Shown piece after piece: positions 1 through 8,006 of a stretch of 64,000 nucleotides of DNA. Each line of letters begins with the position of its first letter. The first letter of the stretch is position 1. The DNA lies in the IMG/VR virus record IMGVR_UViG_3300025131_000004. The stretch is one strand, 5' to 3'. Source of the stretch: a virus (Duplodnaviria; Heunggongvirae; Uroviricota; Caudoviricetes). Made by a program: the position numbers and the translations under genes. The notes beneath the pieces were generated by a model. The model did not search any database and was not told where the DNA came from. It saw only the letters and a list, made by a program, of their open reading frames with translations.

Positions 1-4
1 CCAT

Positions 5-2224
5 ATGAGCTCTGGAAATGCCGCTAGCAATCTATCGCCAGCATCTGCACGAGTAGACATTTACGGAAGAGGGACGGGTGGAGAGATCACTCTAATGGAC
101 GATGTGATCACCAAATTCGCCAAGAAGTTTGATGTGAATCCAGCAGTATTGGAGGATGTATATCTTCACCACGAAATGTCTGAGATATACCATGGCTCAC
201 GACGTGCAAAGAAAGTGCTGGGAAAGGTACCCAGCAATCTGTCTGATGCTCAAGCAGAGGCTGCCTCCTTTAAGGAGTTCTATGGGTCATCGGCGGGTCA
301 GTTTGGTAGTCACGAAGCGCCAGGGGTTATCGTCGATGAGCTGATGTATGGCGCTAAGATGGGTCCGGAGCATTATGCCGCTACGAAAAAGATGCGTATG
401 TGGGACATCAATCGGCCAGGTGTCGATAAGACGTATGCGACAAAAACAAGAAAGATAATTGCAGCATTCGAAAAGAACCAGCTACCAAAGTTCTCTGGAT
501 TCGATGATGCCTATAACACCATTCGGGGCCTTCCTCATAATGGAAAGGCAGGGGCATCACGTCGACGTAACACACACTTTGGATCTGGATATAAGGGAGA
601 TGAAGGGCTTACTGTCGGAGGTATTCTTTCTGGCGCAAACAAGCTCTTTATGGTTGGTGCCTCTGCCATTACAGGGTACGATCGCTTTGGTGTTCGAGGA
701 GCAATTGGTGGGGCAGCCCTTGGTATCGGCCTTGGCTTTGGAATGGAGCTTGGCAAGTTTGACCACGCAGAAGGAAATCTTGGAAAGACTCTTTGGAACG
801 TAGGACTTGAGGGCATAGGAACATCTGCAGGAGCCTCCATGCTTGCATCGTCGATGATGAAAGGGGCATTCTTCAGAGGGAAGCTGGGAAAGTACGGTAC
901 AGATGAGCAGCTTGTGGGCATGGCTGAGAGCCTAGGTCTTTCTCCTGAAATAGGAAAGGCAGGTGGCATGTATGGGATGTTGGGGAGATCTTATAGGCAA
1001 AAGATTGAAACTGCACTCCCAGGTAAGCTTGGAGAGATTCTGGGAAGAGGAGTGGAGGCTCAAACAGGATCTCCTCACATGTTGGATGCAGTTCTTCAGC
1101 ATGGTTCCATTCAAGCGATTCCTCCTCAAGAGTTCTTTATTGCGAATGCAAGAGATGTTATGTCTGGTGCTGCTGCGGGCTTTGTGGCATCAAGTCCCAT
1201 TGCATTCGGTTCGTACCTGTTCTCTGGAAAAGACGATGCTTACAACTCGATCGAAGGTCTTCCTCATAAGGGGATGGCTGGGGCCAGTCGTAGACAAAGA
1301 ACCGACTTCGGGTCTGGTTATCAAGGAGAAGATCAGGTTGGAGCCTTTGGCGGTATGGTGGGACTCGGAGCCACCCTCTATGCAGGTCGTGGCGCATACA
1401 GTGTTCGTGGAAACTTGATGATGGCTCGTGGCCACTGGCGTGGATACATGGACTTCTTCCATGGTACTCCGATTGCGAACAGAGCGAATATCTTGGCGGA
1501 AGGTCTTGTGCCCAATGCCAAGGACTGGGACAAGATCAAGCATCTGACTCCTACAGACCCTGCTCAGAAGGCTCTGTTCGCTCAAATTAGAGAGAAGGGA
1601 GAGAGGGTATTCTTCTCTGGTGAATCTTGGATTGCAAGAGCACATGCAAGTCAACAGGTAAAGCAGAACATTGGTCCTTTTATGGACAACATGCAAAAGG
1701 CCAAAGGTATGCTGGGTTATTTCCACCCTTCTGTTCATGGAGGAAAAGCAGAGGGAGCGATATTCAAGTTCCGCCTTCCGATGGAAGAGATCGCTTCTCA
1801 GACTGGCATCTTGGCTCAGTATGAAGCCATTACAGGGAGTGAAGGAGTTTCTAAGTTTCTCAAGGGATGGGGAGATGCATTTGCTTCTCATACAGGTCCT
1901 TCTATTGACCTATCAAGAGCAGGAGGGGTGGCTCCTGAACTCTTTAATGAGGTAATTCCGACAAGAGGAGGAGAGATTCTCTGGGGAGAGAAGGAGGTCC
2001 TAAGGGCTGCAGAAACCACAGGCTTTAAGCCCAATAAGGCAAAGGCTGCTGGAAGATTTGCTCTTGCAATGGCTCCAATAGTATTGGCAGGCTGGGGAGT
2101 GAACAAGATGTGGAATGCGATGCATACAGACGCGACTACAGACATGAAGAAGAAGATGTCCAGGAAGAATATTCAAGGACATGCTAATATGGATCCAAAG
2201 AGGCATATGAATATTTATGGCTAA
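5..2224 (+). CDS. Gly-rich multidomain putative ejected/core protein with repeated 36-aa motif and C-terminal ADP-ribosyltransferase-like domain (probably 5'-truncated by the window)
   Basis: 739-aa ORF, with the frame open to the window edge. Two copies of FSGxDDAYNxIxGLPHxGxAGASRRxxTxFGSGYxG; Gly/Ala hydrophobic helices; FFHGT..NILAEGLVP..RVFFS..ARAHA..GAIFKFRLP..GGEIL. Confidence 0.55.
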   Translation: MSSGNAASNLSPASARVDIYGRGTGGEITLMDDVITKFAKKFDVNPAVLEDVYLHHEMSEIYHGSRRAKKVLGKVPSNLSDAQAEAASFKEFYGSSAGQFGSHEAPGVIVDELMYGAKMGPEHYAATKKMRMWDINRPGVDKTYATKTRKIIAAFEKNQLPKFSGFDDAYNTIRGLPHNGKAGASRRRNTHFGSGYKGDEGLTVGGILSGANKLFMVGASAITGYDRFGVRGAIGGAALGIGLGFGMELGKFDHAEGNLGKTLWNVGLEGIGTSAGASMLASSMMKGAFFRGKLGKYGTDEQLVGMAESLGLSPEIGKAGGMYGMLGRSYRQKIETALPGKLGEILGRGVEAQTGSPHMLDAVLQHGSIQAIPPQEFFIANARDVMSGAAAGFVASSPIAFGSYLFSGKDDAYNSIEGLPHKGMAGASRRQRTDFGSGYQGEDQVGAFGGMVGLGATLYAGRGAYSVRGNLMMARGHWRGYMDFFHGTPIANRANILAEGLVPNAKDWDKIKHLTPTDPAQKALFAQIREKGERVFFSGESWIARAHASQQVKQNIGPFMDNMQKAKGMLGYFHPSVHGGKAEGAIFKFRLPMEEIASQTGILAQYEAITGSEGVSKFLKGWGDAFASHTGPSIDLSRAGGVAPELFNEVIPTRGGEILWGEKEVLRAAETTGFKPNKAKAAGRFALAMAPIVLAGWGVNKMWNAMHTDATTDMKKKMSRKNIQGHANMDPKRHMNIYG
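491..1327 (+). repeat. Two copies (491-598, 1220-1327) of a 36-aa intragenic repeat
   Basis: FSGFDDAYNTIRGLPHNGKAGASRRRNTHFGSGYKG vs FSGKDDAYNSIEGLPHKGMAGASRRQRTDFGSGYQG, 27/36 identical. Confidence 0.9.
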
Positions 2225-2402
2225 AAAAGAAAACATTGGTCCTATCAAGGACAGAAGGTATAGAGAGGCTACGGTGAATAGGAGGAGCGCCTTTACGAGG
2301 GTATTGTGCGACCCCACATTCGTACCCATCTTCATCAAGAGAACACTGGACAGCAAACCAGCGGAACATTTATTGGATCCGTTCGGTTTTAGGAATGCAT
2401 AA
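2217..2402 (+). CDS. Small basic hypothetical protein (61 aa)
   Basis: Fills the gap between two larger genes, overlaps the upstream stop, and ends in a TAATG overlap with the next gene. Confidence 0.6.
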   Translation: MAKKENIGPIKDRRYREATVNRRSAFTRVLCDPTFVPIFIKRTLDSKPAEHLLDPFGFRNA

Positions 2403-3286
2403 TGATCCCACAAGAACTATGGACCGATAGGGCGCTCGAGTATGAGGGCGTAGGTAGAATGCAGAATGCAATGATGGCCCGTGCCACAGGCACAGGTCGG
2501 ATTGGCCGGATGAGAGTTCGTCAAGGACTTTCGGCAGCTCGCAAAGGGTGGGCAACGATGGCAAACAAAGGTCAGGCCTGGGCGGCAGGAGAGTTCAGCG
2601 CCGGAGCTTGGCATGGAGCAGATGGTAAGAAGATCTCTCAACGAGCTCTGTGGAAATCTGATAGTCCTTTAGCAATGCTGCAAGAAGCGAAGTACACCAA
2701 GCCTGGTCAGCGGCGTGCCTTTGACAAATGGGGTAAGGGTGTAAATCCTGAGAAGTTCTTTGGAAGAGGAGCGGCTGGTCACCTGTTTAGGGGCGCTAGC
2801 AATACTGTCAAGAACACTGGCAGTGCCTTTGCGATGGGTGCACTCGGAGGCGGCTACGGGGCTCTTCTTGGGGGAATCTTTCTTCATGGCGGAGCCATGG
2901 GAATGTCAGGTAACAATGTAGCATCTCCATACGATGGATTCGTTCGAGGAGCTGTCCATACGGCAGCTGGATTCCTTGGATTCGATTTAGGTATGAGTGC
3001 AGGCGCGGCAGTCGGTGCGACATTAGGTTCGGTGCTTGGGCCCGCAGGTACCGTTATTGGTGCAGCAGTAGGCGGGCTCGCAGGCGCTATGGGCTTGGAA
3101 GCCGCGTCAGATGCTCCTTGGAAGATCGCAGAGATGGGATATGCGGCGACCAAACCGTTCGCTTCTCCTTTCCTAGATTCACAAAGAGCTGCTACAATGA
3201 GACAGAGGTCTATGAATATGATAAACCAGTCTGCCATGAATGCCAGAAGTGCATTGAGTATGGAAGCAGCTGGGTATCACCTATAA
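2402..3286 (+). CDS. Glycine-zipper membrane-type virion/ejection protein
   Basis: 294 aa; long GxxxG hydrophobic tract (GAAVGATLGSVLGPAGTVIGAAVGGLAG); C-terminal ATMRQRS..ARSALSMEA motif. Confidence 0.5.
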   Translation: MIPQELWTDRALEYEGVGRMQNAMMARATGTGRIGRMRVRQGLSAARKGWATMANKGQAWAAGEFSAGAWHGADGKKISQRALWKSDSPLAMLQEAKYTKPGQRRAFDKWGKGVNPEKFFGRGAAGHLFRGASNTVKNTGSAFAMGALGGGYGALLGGIFLHGGAMGMSGNNVASPYDGFVRGAVHTAAGFLGFDLGMSAGAAVGATLGSVLGPAGTVIGAAVGGLAGAMGLEAASDAPWKIAEMGYAATKPFASPFLDSQRAATMRQRSMNMINQSAMNARSALSMEAAGYHL

Positions 3287-3296
3287 GAGGTTTAAT

Positions 3297-3650
3297 ATGT
3301 GGAATAAGATGAATGGTGCTTTGAATAGCGCAAATGCTTGGATGAGAGCTGCAGAGAACAGGAACGTCGCTCTTGGTCTTGCTGGCGCGGCAGCTATTCC
3401 TGCTCTTTATATGGGAGGAACTACCGGAGCGGGCATGGCGGCAGGTGGTTATTTCGGTGCAACTCGAGGAGGGGCTTTGGCAGGAGCGACATTTGGCCAG
3501 ACCAGCTGGGGCAACAGGGCCATGCGAAGTGGTGGCATGATTGGAAAGACAAGCTTCTCGGGAAGAACTGCCACTAGAGTTGGTGGGGGATTGCTAGGAG
3601 CCGTCGGTGGAGGAATCGCTGGAGCAGCTCTCGGAGCTCTGTGGAATTAA
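3297..3650 (+). CDS. Small glycine-zipper protein (paralog A)
   Basis: 117 aa, starts MWN, GxxxG-rich; AGAGG upstream. Confidence 0.65.
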   Translation: MWNKMNGALNSANAWMRAAENRNVALGLAGAAAIPALYMGGTTGAGMAAGGYFGATRGGALAGATFGQTSWGNRAMRSGGMIGKTSFSGRTATRVGGGLLGAVGGGIAGAALGALWN

Positions 3651-3651
3651 G

Positions 3652-3951
3652 ATGTGGAATACACTTAAAACTAATGCGGAGCCTATCATGCAGGCAGTGA
3701 AAGCAAACCCGATAAAGGCTCTTGGCTACAGTGCTGTGGGCCTTGGCTCTATCGCTGGTGTAACAGGGATAAATGCCTTGGCGTATGAGCATGCAGGTGG
3801 TTTCTGGGGCTTCGCAGGTACAGGAGGTATCGCTGGTGCAATCACCGGCTATGCCGGTGGTGGTGGTGTGCGAGGAGGTATCGCTGGAGGGATCGCAGGG
3901 GGACTCCTTACTGGGTTCACGGCAATGGGGTCTCACGCTCTTTGGTACTAA
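3652..3951 (+). CDS. Small glycine-zipper protein (paralog B); likely start ATG 3652 rather than 3607
   Basis: Starts MWN right after the stop of the previous gene; GxxxG-rich like its neighbour. Confidence 0.65.
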   Translation: MWNTLKTNAEPIMQAVKANPIKALGYSAVGLGSIAGVTGINALAYEHAGGFWGFAGTGGIAGAITGYAGGGGVRGGIAGGIAGGLLTGFTAMGSHALWY

Positions 3952-4443
3952 ATGGCCTATTGTAAGTTCAGAAAAATAAAGAGAAGGACAAAGGATATAC
4001 TGGACCCCATGGGGACCCGACTTCCTTTGACAAAGAGGCGTAGTCGTAACAGAAAAGCTCGCCTCATGTCTCACCTCAAAAGACTAAGTTTTCAAAAGAA
4101 ATCAGCAGCGATGAAGCGAATCTACAACTCTCCGGAGTACAAGGCCTGGCGCAGGTCTGTCTTTGTCAGAGATAACTTCGCTTGTATCATGTGTGGCAGC
4201 GACGGATACGTTGAGGGACATCATATCCTTAGAAAATGGGACTACCCTGCATTGGTCTTCAACATGCATAACGGAGTCACTCTTTGTGGCCCGTCTACCA
4301 ACAAGAAGTCCTGCCATGGCAAGGTCACGGGAAAAGAATACAAGTACATCACTAAGATCATGAGTAAGATGGGTGATCTTCAGAGAGCTCAGTTCAGACA
4401 CATCTTAAAAAAGAAAGGAGTGAAACATGGACCGAGAAAGTAA
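3952..4443 (+). CDS. HNH endonuclease (terminase-adjacent)
   Basis: WRRSVFVRDNFACIMCG..EGHHI..NGVTLC..CHGK: HNH/zinc-finger signature. Confidence 0.85.
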   Translation: MAYCKFRKIKRRTKDILDPMGTRLPLTKRRSRNRKARLMSHLKRLSFQKKSAAMKRIYNSPEYKAWRRSVFVRDNFACIMCGSDGYVEGHHILRKWDYPALVFNMHNGVTLCGPSTNKKSCHGKVTGKEYKYITKIMSKMGDLQRAQFRHILKKKGVKHGPRK

Positions 4444-4480
4444 GTATTATGTCTATGAGCTCTATTCAGAGAATGCTTAG
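4427..4480 (+). other. 17-codon RBS-led mini-ORF, in frame with the terminase and separated from it only by TAG
   Basis: AAGGAG at 4415-4420, ATG 4427, MDRESKYYVYELYSENA, TAG 4478-4480, terminase ATG 4481. Confidence 0.55.
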
Positions 4481-6523
4481 ATGGAAGGATTAACTCTTCA
4501 CCCAGCATGCATCCGTTGTAAGAAGAAGAATACCCTCGAGAAGGATATTGTTCTGGAAGACGGGACCACGGTGTTCAAAGCCGGAGAGTTCCCCATCCAA
4601 TGCAAAGGTATCCCTGCTGATTTCGGCCAGGTGGTAGACAAGGTCCTTGGTGACAAAAGAAGCTTCTTTGATAAGAATGAAGTTGAGATGCTTGAAGAAG
4701 GTCTCGACGCTACCAAGTGGGCAAAGAAGTGGTTGCTCGTTGATAAGGGTGGCTGGGAGCCGAGAGGTTGTACCCCACCCAACAAGCTTAAGTATGACCT
4801 TGATGACGATGCTGATATCTACCAAGAGATCATGCTCAAGTGTACTGCGAAGCGTAAGGTCTTCAGGATTGGACGACGTGGTGGAAAGACAGAGTCCATC
4901 TGTGTCAAGATGCTTCATCTCATTGACACCTGGCCTACGGGTCACTGTAAGATCCTTCTTGTCTGTCCTTTCAGATCACAGATCGATATTATCTACAAAA
5001 GACTCAATGAGTTGATCGCAGACTCTCCACGTCTGAAGAACCTCATCAAGCGCAAGGTCTCCAATCCATATCACGAGATCGAGTTTACCAATGGTTCCTA
5101 CATCCGTGGCTTCTCAGCAGGCACCAACTCTGGTGCTAATGCTTCTTCCGTACGTGGACAGGGTGGTGACGTTATCGTTCTTGACGAGACGGACTACATG
5201 AACCCTGGAGATATCGACTCCATCGCAGCTATCCTGATGGACCACGAAGACACTCAGCTATGGGCCTCATCTACACCCACAGGTCGTAGGGACAAGTTCT
5301 ATGAGTGGAGCTTCGACCCAGAATACAAGAACTTCCACTTCCCATCGATGGCGAACCCAAACTGGACCCACCGTATGGACCTTGAGTTCCGACGTACCCT
5401 TACCAAGGGCGGTTATATTCATGAGGTCCTTGCAGAGTTCGGAGACGACGATGCCGGAGTCTTCAGAAAGAAGGACATCGACTATGCCCTCAAGTGGGGC
5501 GGCAACTATGACTATGATGACAGCTACCATAGTCAGATCAATGCTCCAGGATGGGCCTATACGATCGGAGTGGACTGGAACCCGGTAAAGGGTACAGAGG
5601 TCATGGTCCTTGGTATTCATAGGTACACAAAAGAAGAGGCAGAGCTCGAAGGTGATTCTGCTCTTGAGGGAGAAGCATTCTTCAGGGTCGTTGACTCAAA
5701 GACCGTAGAAAGACAAGAGTTTACTGAAAGAGCGGCCAACCTGGAGATCATTCGTATGAATAGAAAGTGGGCACCGTTCGCTATCTATCTTGACTACGGT
5801 GGTGGTGGTGTCAATCACTTAGAGCAACTTAGAATCTTCTCTGCGACAAAGCCCGATGGAACTGCTGACGGTAGAATCAAACACATCACCAAGAGCATCA
5901 ACTTCTCTGGAAACATCGAAGCTTACGACCCTTGGTCCAAGAAGAAGACCAAGAAGCGTGCGAAGCAGATGATGATTGAAAATGCTCAGCGAAAGTTTGA
6001 GCAGCACAAGATTCAGTTGACGCAAGCAGATCCCATTTTGACAAAGCAACTAGAGAACTATATTATCTCTCGTGTGACTCAGACCGGAATTCCGGTTTAT
6101 GAAATGCAATCAGATGCGGTCGGAGACCACAAGCTTGATGCACTAGTTCTAGCATTGTTAGCAGTTCAGATGGAAGCGACCCAGTTCGGCAAGCCACGGC
6201 ATGACGCAAAGATGCGTGTCGCTCCTGGTCTCGGACAGGACATAGAGACTTCCGTAATAGAAGAACTTGGCAAGGCTGGAGTCAGCACCAAGCAACAGTT
6301 GAAGCTGGAGTTAGCCCCACAGCCTCGTGCTGTCAACGAAATGATCACACCGCGAACGGTGGTAAGGAGGAGTGACCATACTCATCGGTTCGCAAACGAT
6401 AGAGATCATGAAAAGGACTGGGACAGAAGATTATTAGCGCAACGCAAATCCAAGGTCAATAGAGGCAAGGGGTTTGGCAGGTTAAGAAATTCTCGAGGTC
6501 CACCAAGAAGATCGAACTTTTAA
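4481..6523 (+). CDS. terL: Terminase large subunit
   Basis: Walker A RIGRRGGKT; Walker B GQGGDVIVLDETD; coupling motif ASSTPTG; nuclease YTIGVDWN and DHKLDALVLALLA. Confidence 0.93.
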   Translation: MEGLTLHPACIRCKKKNTLEKDIVLEDGTTVFKAGEFPIQCKGIPADFGQVVDKVLGDKRSFFDKNEVEMLEEGLDATKWAKKWLLVDKGGWEPRGCTPPNKLKYDLDDDADIYQEIMLKCTAKRKVFRIGRRGGKTESICVKMLHLIDTWPTGHCKILLVCPFRSQIDIIYKRLNELIADSPRLKNLIKRKVSNPYHEIEFTNGSYIRGFSAGTNSGANASSVRGQGGDVIVLDETDYMNPGDIDSIAAILMDHEDTQLWASSTPTGRRDKFYEWSFDPEYKNFHFPSMANPNWTHRMDLEFRRTLTKGGYIHEVLAEFGDDDAGVFRKKDIDYALKWGGNYDYDDSYHSQINAPGWAYTIGVDWNPVKGTEVMVLGIHRYTKEEAELEGDSALEGEAFFRVVDSKTVERQEFTERAANLEIIRMNRKWAPFAIYLDYGGGGVNHLEQLRIFSATKPDGTADGRIKHITKSINFSGNIEAYDPWSKKKTKKRAKQMMIENAQRKFEQHKIQLTQADPILTKQLENYIISRVTQTGIPVYEMQSDAVGDHKLDALVLALLAVQMEATQFGKPRHDAKMRVAPGLGQDIETSVIEELGKAGVSTKQQLKLELAPQPRAVNEMITPRTVVRRSDHTHRFANDRDHEKDWDRRLLAQRKSKVNRGKGFGRLRNSRGPPRRSNF

Positions 6524-6532
6524 AGTTCCCTC

Positions 6533-6596
6533 GGCATCCTCTCTGCAGGTTTTCCTCCTCCTCCTTTTCCTGTGGAGAGGGTGCCACTTTATTCTT
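6533..6596 (+). terminator. Long RNA hairpin / possible terminator or regulatory stem after terL
   Basis: 17-bp stem 6533-6549/6569-6585 with G-U pairs; 19-nt loop TTTTCCTCCTCCTCCTTTT; followed by ACTTTATTCTT. Confidence 0.6.
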
Positions 6597-6605
6597 AGGA
6601 GAATC

Positions 6606-7088
6606 ATGGCCTTAAAGCTATACGAATACAATGAGGACACCAATCAGTTTGATGAGATTACAGCGATCAATCCGATCTCAAGCTCACACAACGGTGTTGA
6701 CGGAGAGACTGTAACTCAAAAGCTCTTCATCAGAAACGACGACCTAACCAAATGGTATTCTGGAATTACCATCCTACCTACATCTACGCCTGACGACCTG
6801 GTCAGTGCGGGTAACGTGGCGGGATGGGAGGTGAAGTTGCTCGGTGGAGACACTGCGCCCACAGAGGGACAGTGGACGAATCGAGTTTCTGGAACGGTCC
6901 TGCCAAGCACAGCGAACATGGCGACAGCCTCTCCTCGCATTCACTTCCTTCCACAAATAGGAACAGCGGTTGCACCAGATGATAACTACTATCCATTCTG
7001 GCTCCGCATCGTAGTTCCAGTAAATACAAGAAATAGAACAGAAAACGGAATCAGTCTTACGGTTGATGAAACGGAGAACGCAATCTAA
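6606..7088 (+). CDS. Putative virion structural protein (beta-rich)
   Basis: 160 aa, AGGAG RBS, composition like the other virion beta-sandwich proteins here. Confidence 0.6.
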   Translation: MALKLYEYNEDTNQFDEITAINPISSSHNGVDGETVTQKLFIRNDDLTKWYSGITILPTSTPDDLVSAGNVAGWEVKLLGGDTAPTEGQWTNRVSGTVLPSTANMATASPRIHFLPQIGTAVAPDDNYYPFWLRIVVPVNTRNRTENGISLTVDETENAI

Positions 7089-7201
7089 TGGTGAGCTACT
7101 CTGTCGTGGTAACCATAAACTCCGCTCTCTCTGCTGCCATCAAGCAGTTGAAGAGAAAAGATCTCAGAATCTTAAGGAGCAAAGGTCTGAGGAGTAAGTA
7201 A
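7088..7201 (+). CDS. 37-aa basic hypothetical protein (below ORF-track cutoff)
   Basis: MVSYSVVVTINSALSAAIKQLKRKDLRILRSKGLRSK; TAATG overlaps at both ends; N-terminus resembles the next gene (MINYAVQVTI). Confidence 0.6.
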   Translation: MVSYSVVVTINSALSAAIKQLKRKDLRILRSKGLRSK

Positions 7202-7626
7202 TGATTAACTATGCTGTTCAGGTAACCATCCAAGGAGACTCCTCTCAGGAAGACCTGTCTTCCGGAGACAAGAAGGTCTTGCACTCTCGTCCGTCTTTTA
7301 ATGGAGACAGGCCCATCGTTCCGCTGGATACTCTTGCCAGCCATGAGAAACCAGCCCAGCCACTCGGTACAACACCCACAGTAAGAGAGATACTTGAAGG
7401 CTATCGTGAAGTCGATCGAAGAAGCCAGGAGGCGCTTGATCTTCTGGAGAGAAGAAGCCAGGGTCTCATCATGCCCATTGACCCCGCTACGCAACCAGAC
7501 TTGTTCAAGACAGTCAACAACCTCTTCGAGTCAAAGGAACCTATAGTAGAGGTGACCTATTCAATGTATAGAAAGATCGTAGAGTATGCTAAAGACCTGG
7601 GTCTTCTATTAGGAGCAGAGGCCTAA
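7201..7626 (+). CDS. Hypothetical protein
   Basis: 141-aa ORF coupled by TAATG on both sides. Confidence 0.7.
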   Translation: MINYAVQVTIQGDSSQEDLSSGDKKVLHSRPSFNGDRPIVPLDTLASHEKPAQPLGTTPTVREILEGYREVDRRSQEALDLLERRSQGLIMPIDPATQPDLFKTVNNLFESKEPIVEVTYSMYRKIVEYAKDLGLLLGAEA

Positions 7627-8006
7627 TGTCACAACTAACACCCGCACAGATTCTTGAGTTGGAAAGAAGTGAAACAGATCGTCGTCAGGCACAGCTGCGA
7701 GAGCTATACCAAGAGATCTATCCTTTTCTTCTTGAGGACTTTGCACACAAAGAAGATGTAAGCACTGCAATCAAGAGACTGTCTGCAGGTCTTTCTACCC
7801 ATTCACATGCAGTATCCGTAGCGGGAACCGCCGTTAAGCAGGAGGGCTTGACCACCTCAGTCATCTGGCTTGAGGGCTCTGTGTCTCTCTTGGAAGCGAT
7901 TGCAACGAGTCTGATCAAGAGTGTCAGGGAAGGCATAGAGTTCTTCACTGCCAGAGTTGATTTTGAGGGAAAGGAAAAGAAGAAGCCTTTCAGTTTGGTG
8001 GATTAA
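7626..8006 (+). CDS. Hypothetical virion protein with HxH motif
   Basis: 126 aa; LSTHSHAV resembles spike-tip metal-binding HxH motifs. Confidence 0.55.
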   Translation: MSQLTPAQILELERSETDRRQAQLRELYQEIYPFLLEDFAHKEDVSTAIKRLSAGLSTHSHAVSVAGTAVKQEGLTTSVIWLEGSVSLLEAIATSLIKSVREGIEFFTARVDFEGKEKKKPFSLVD

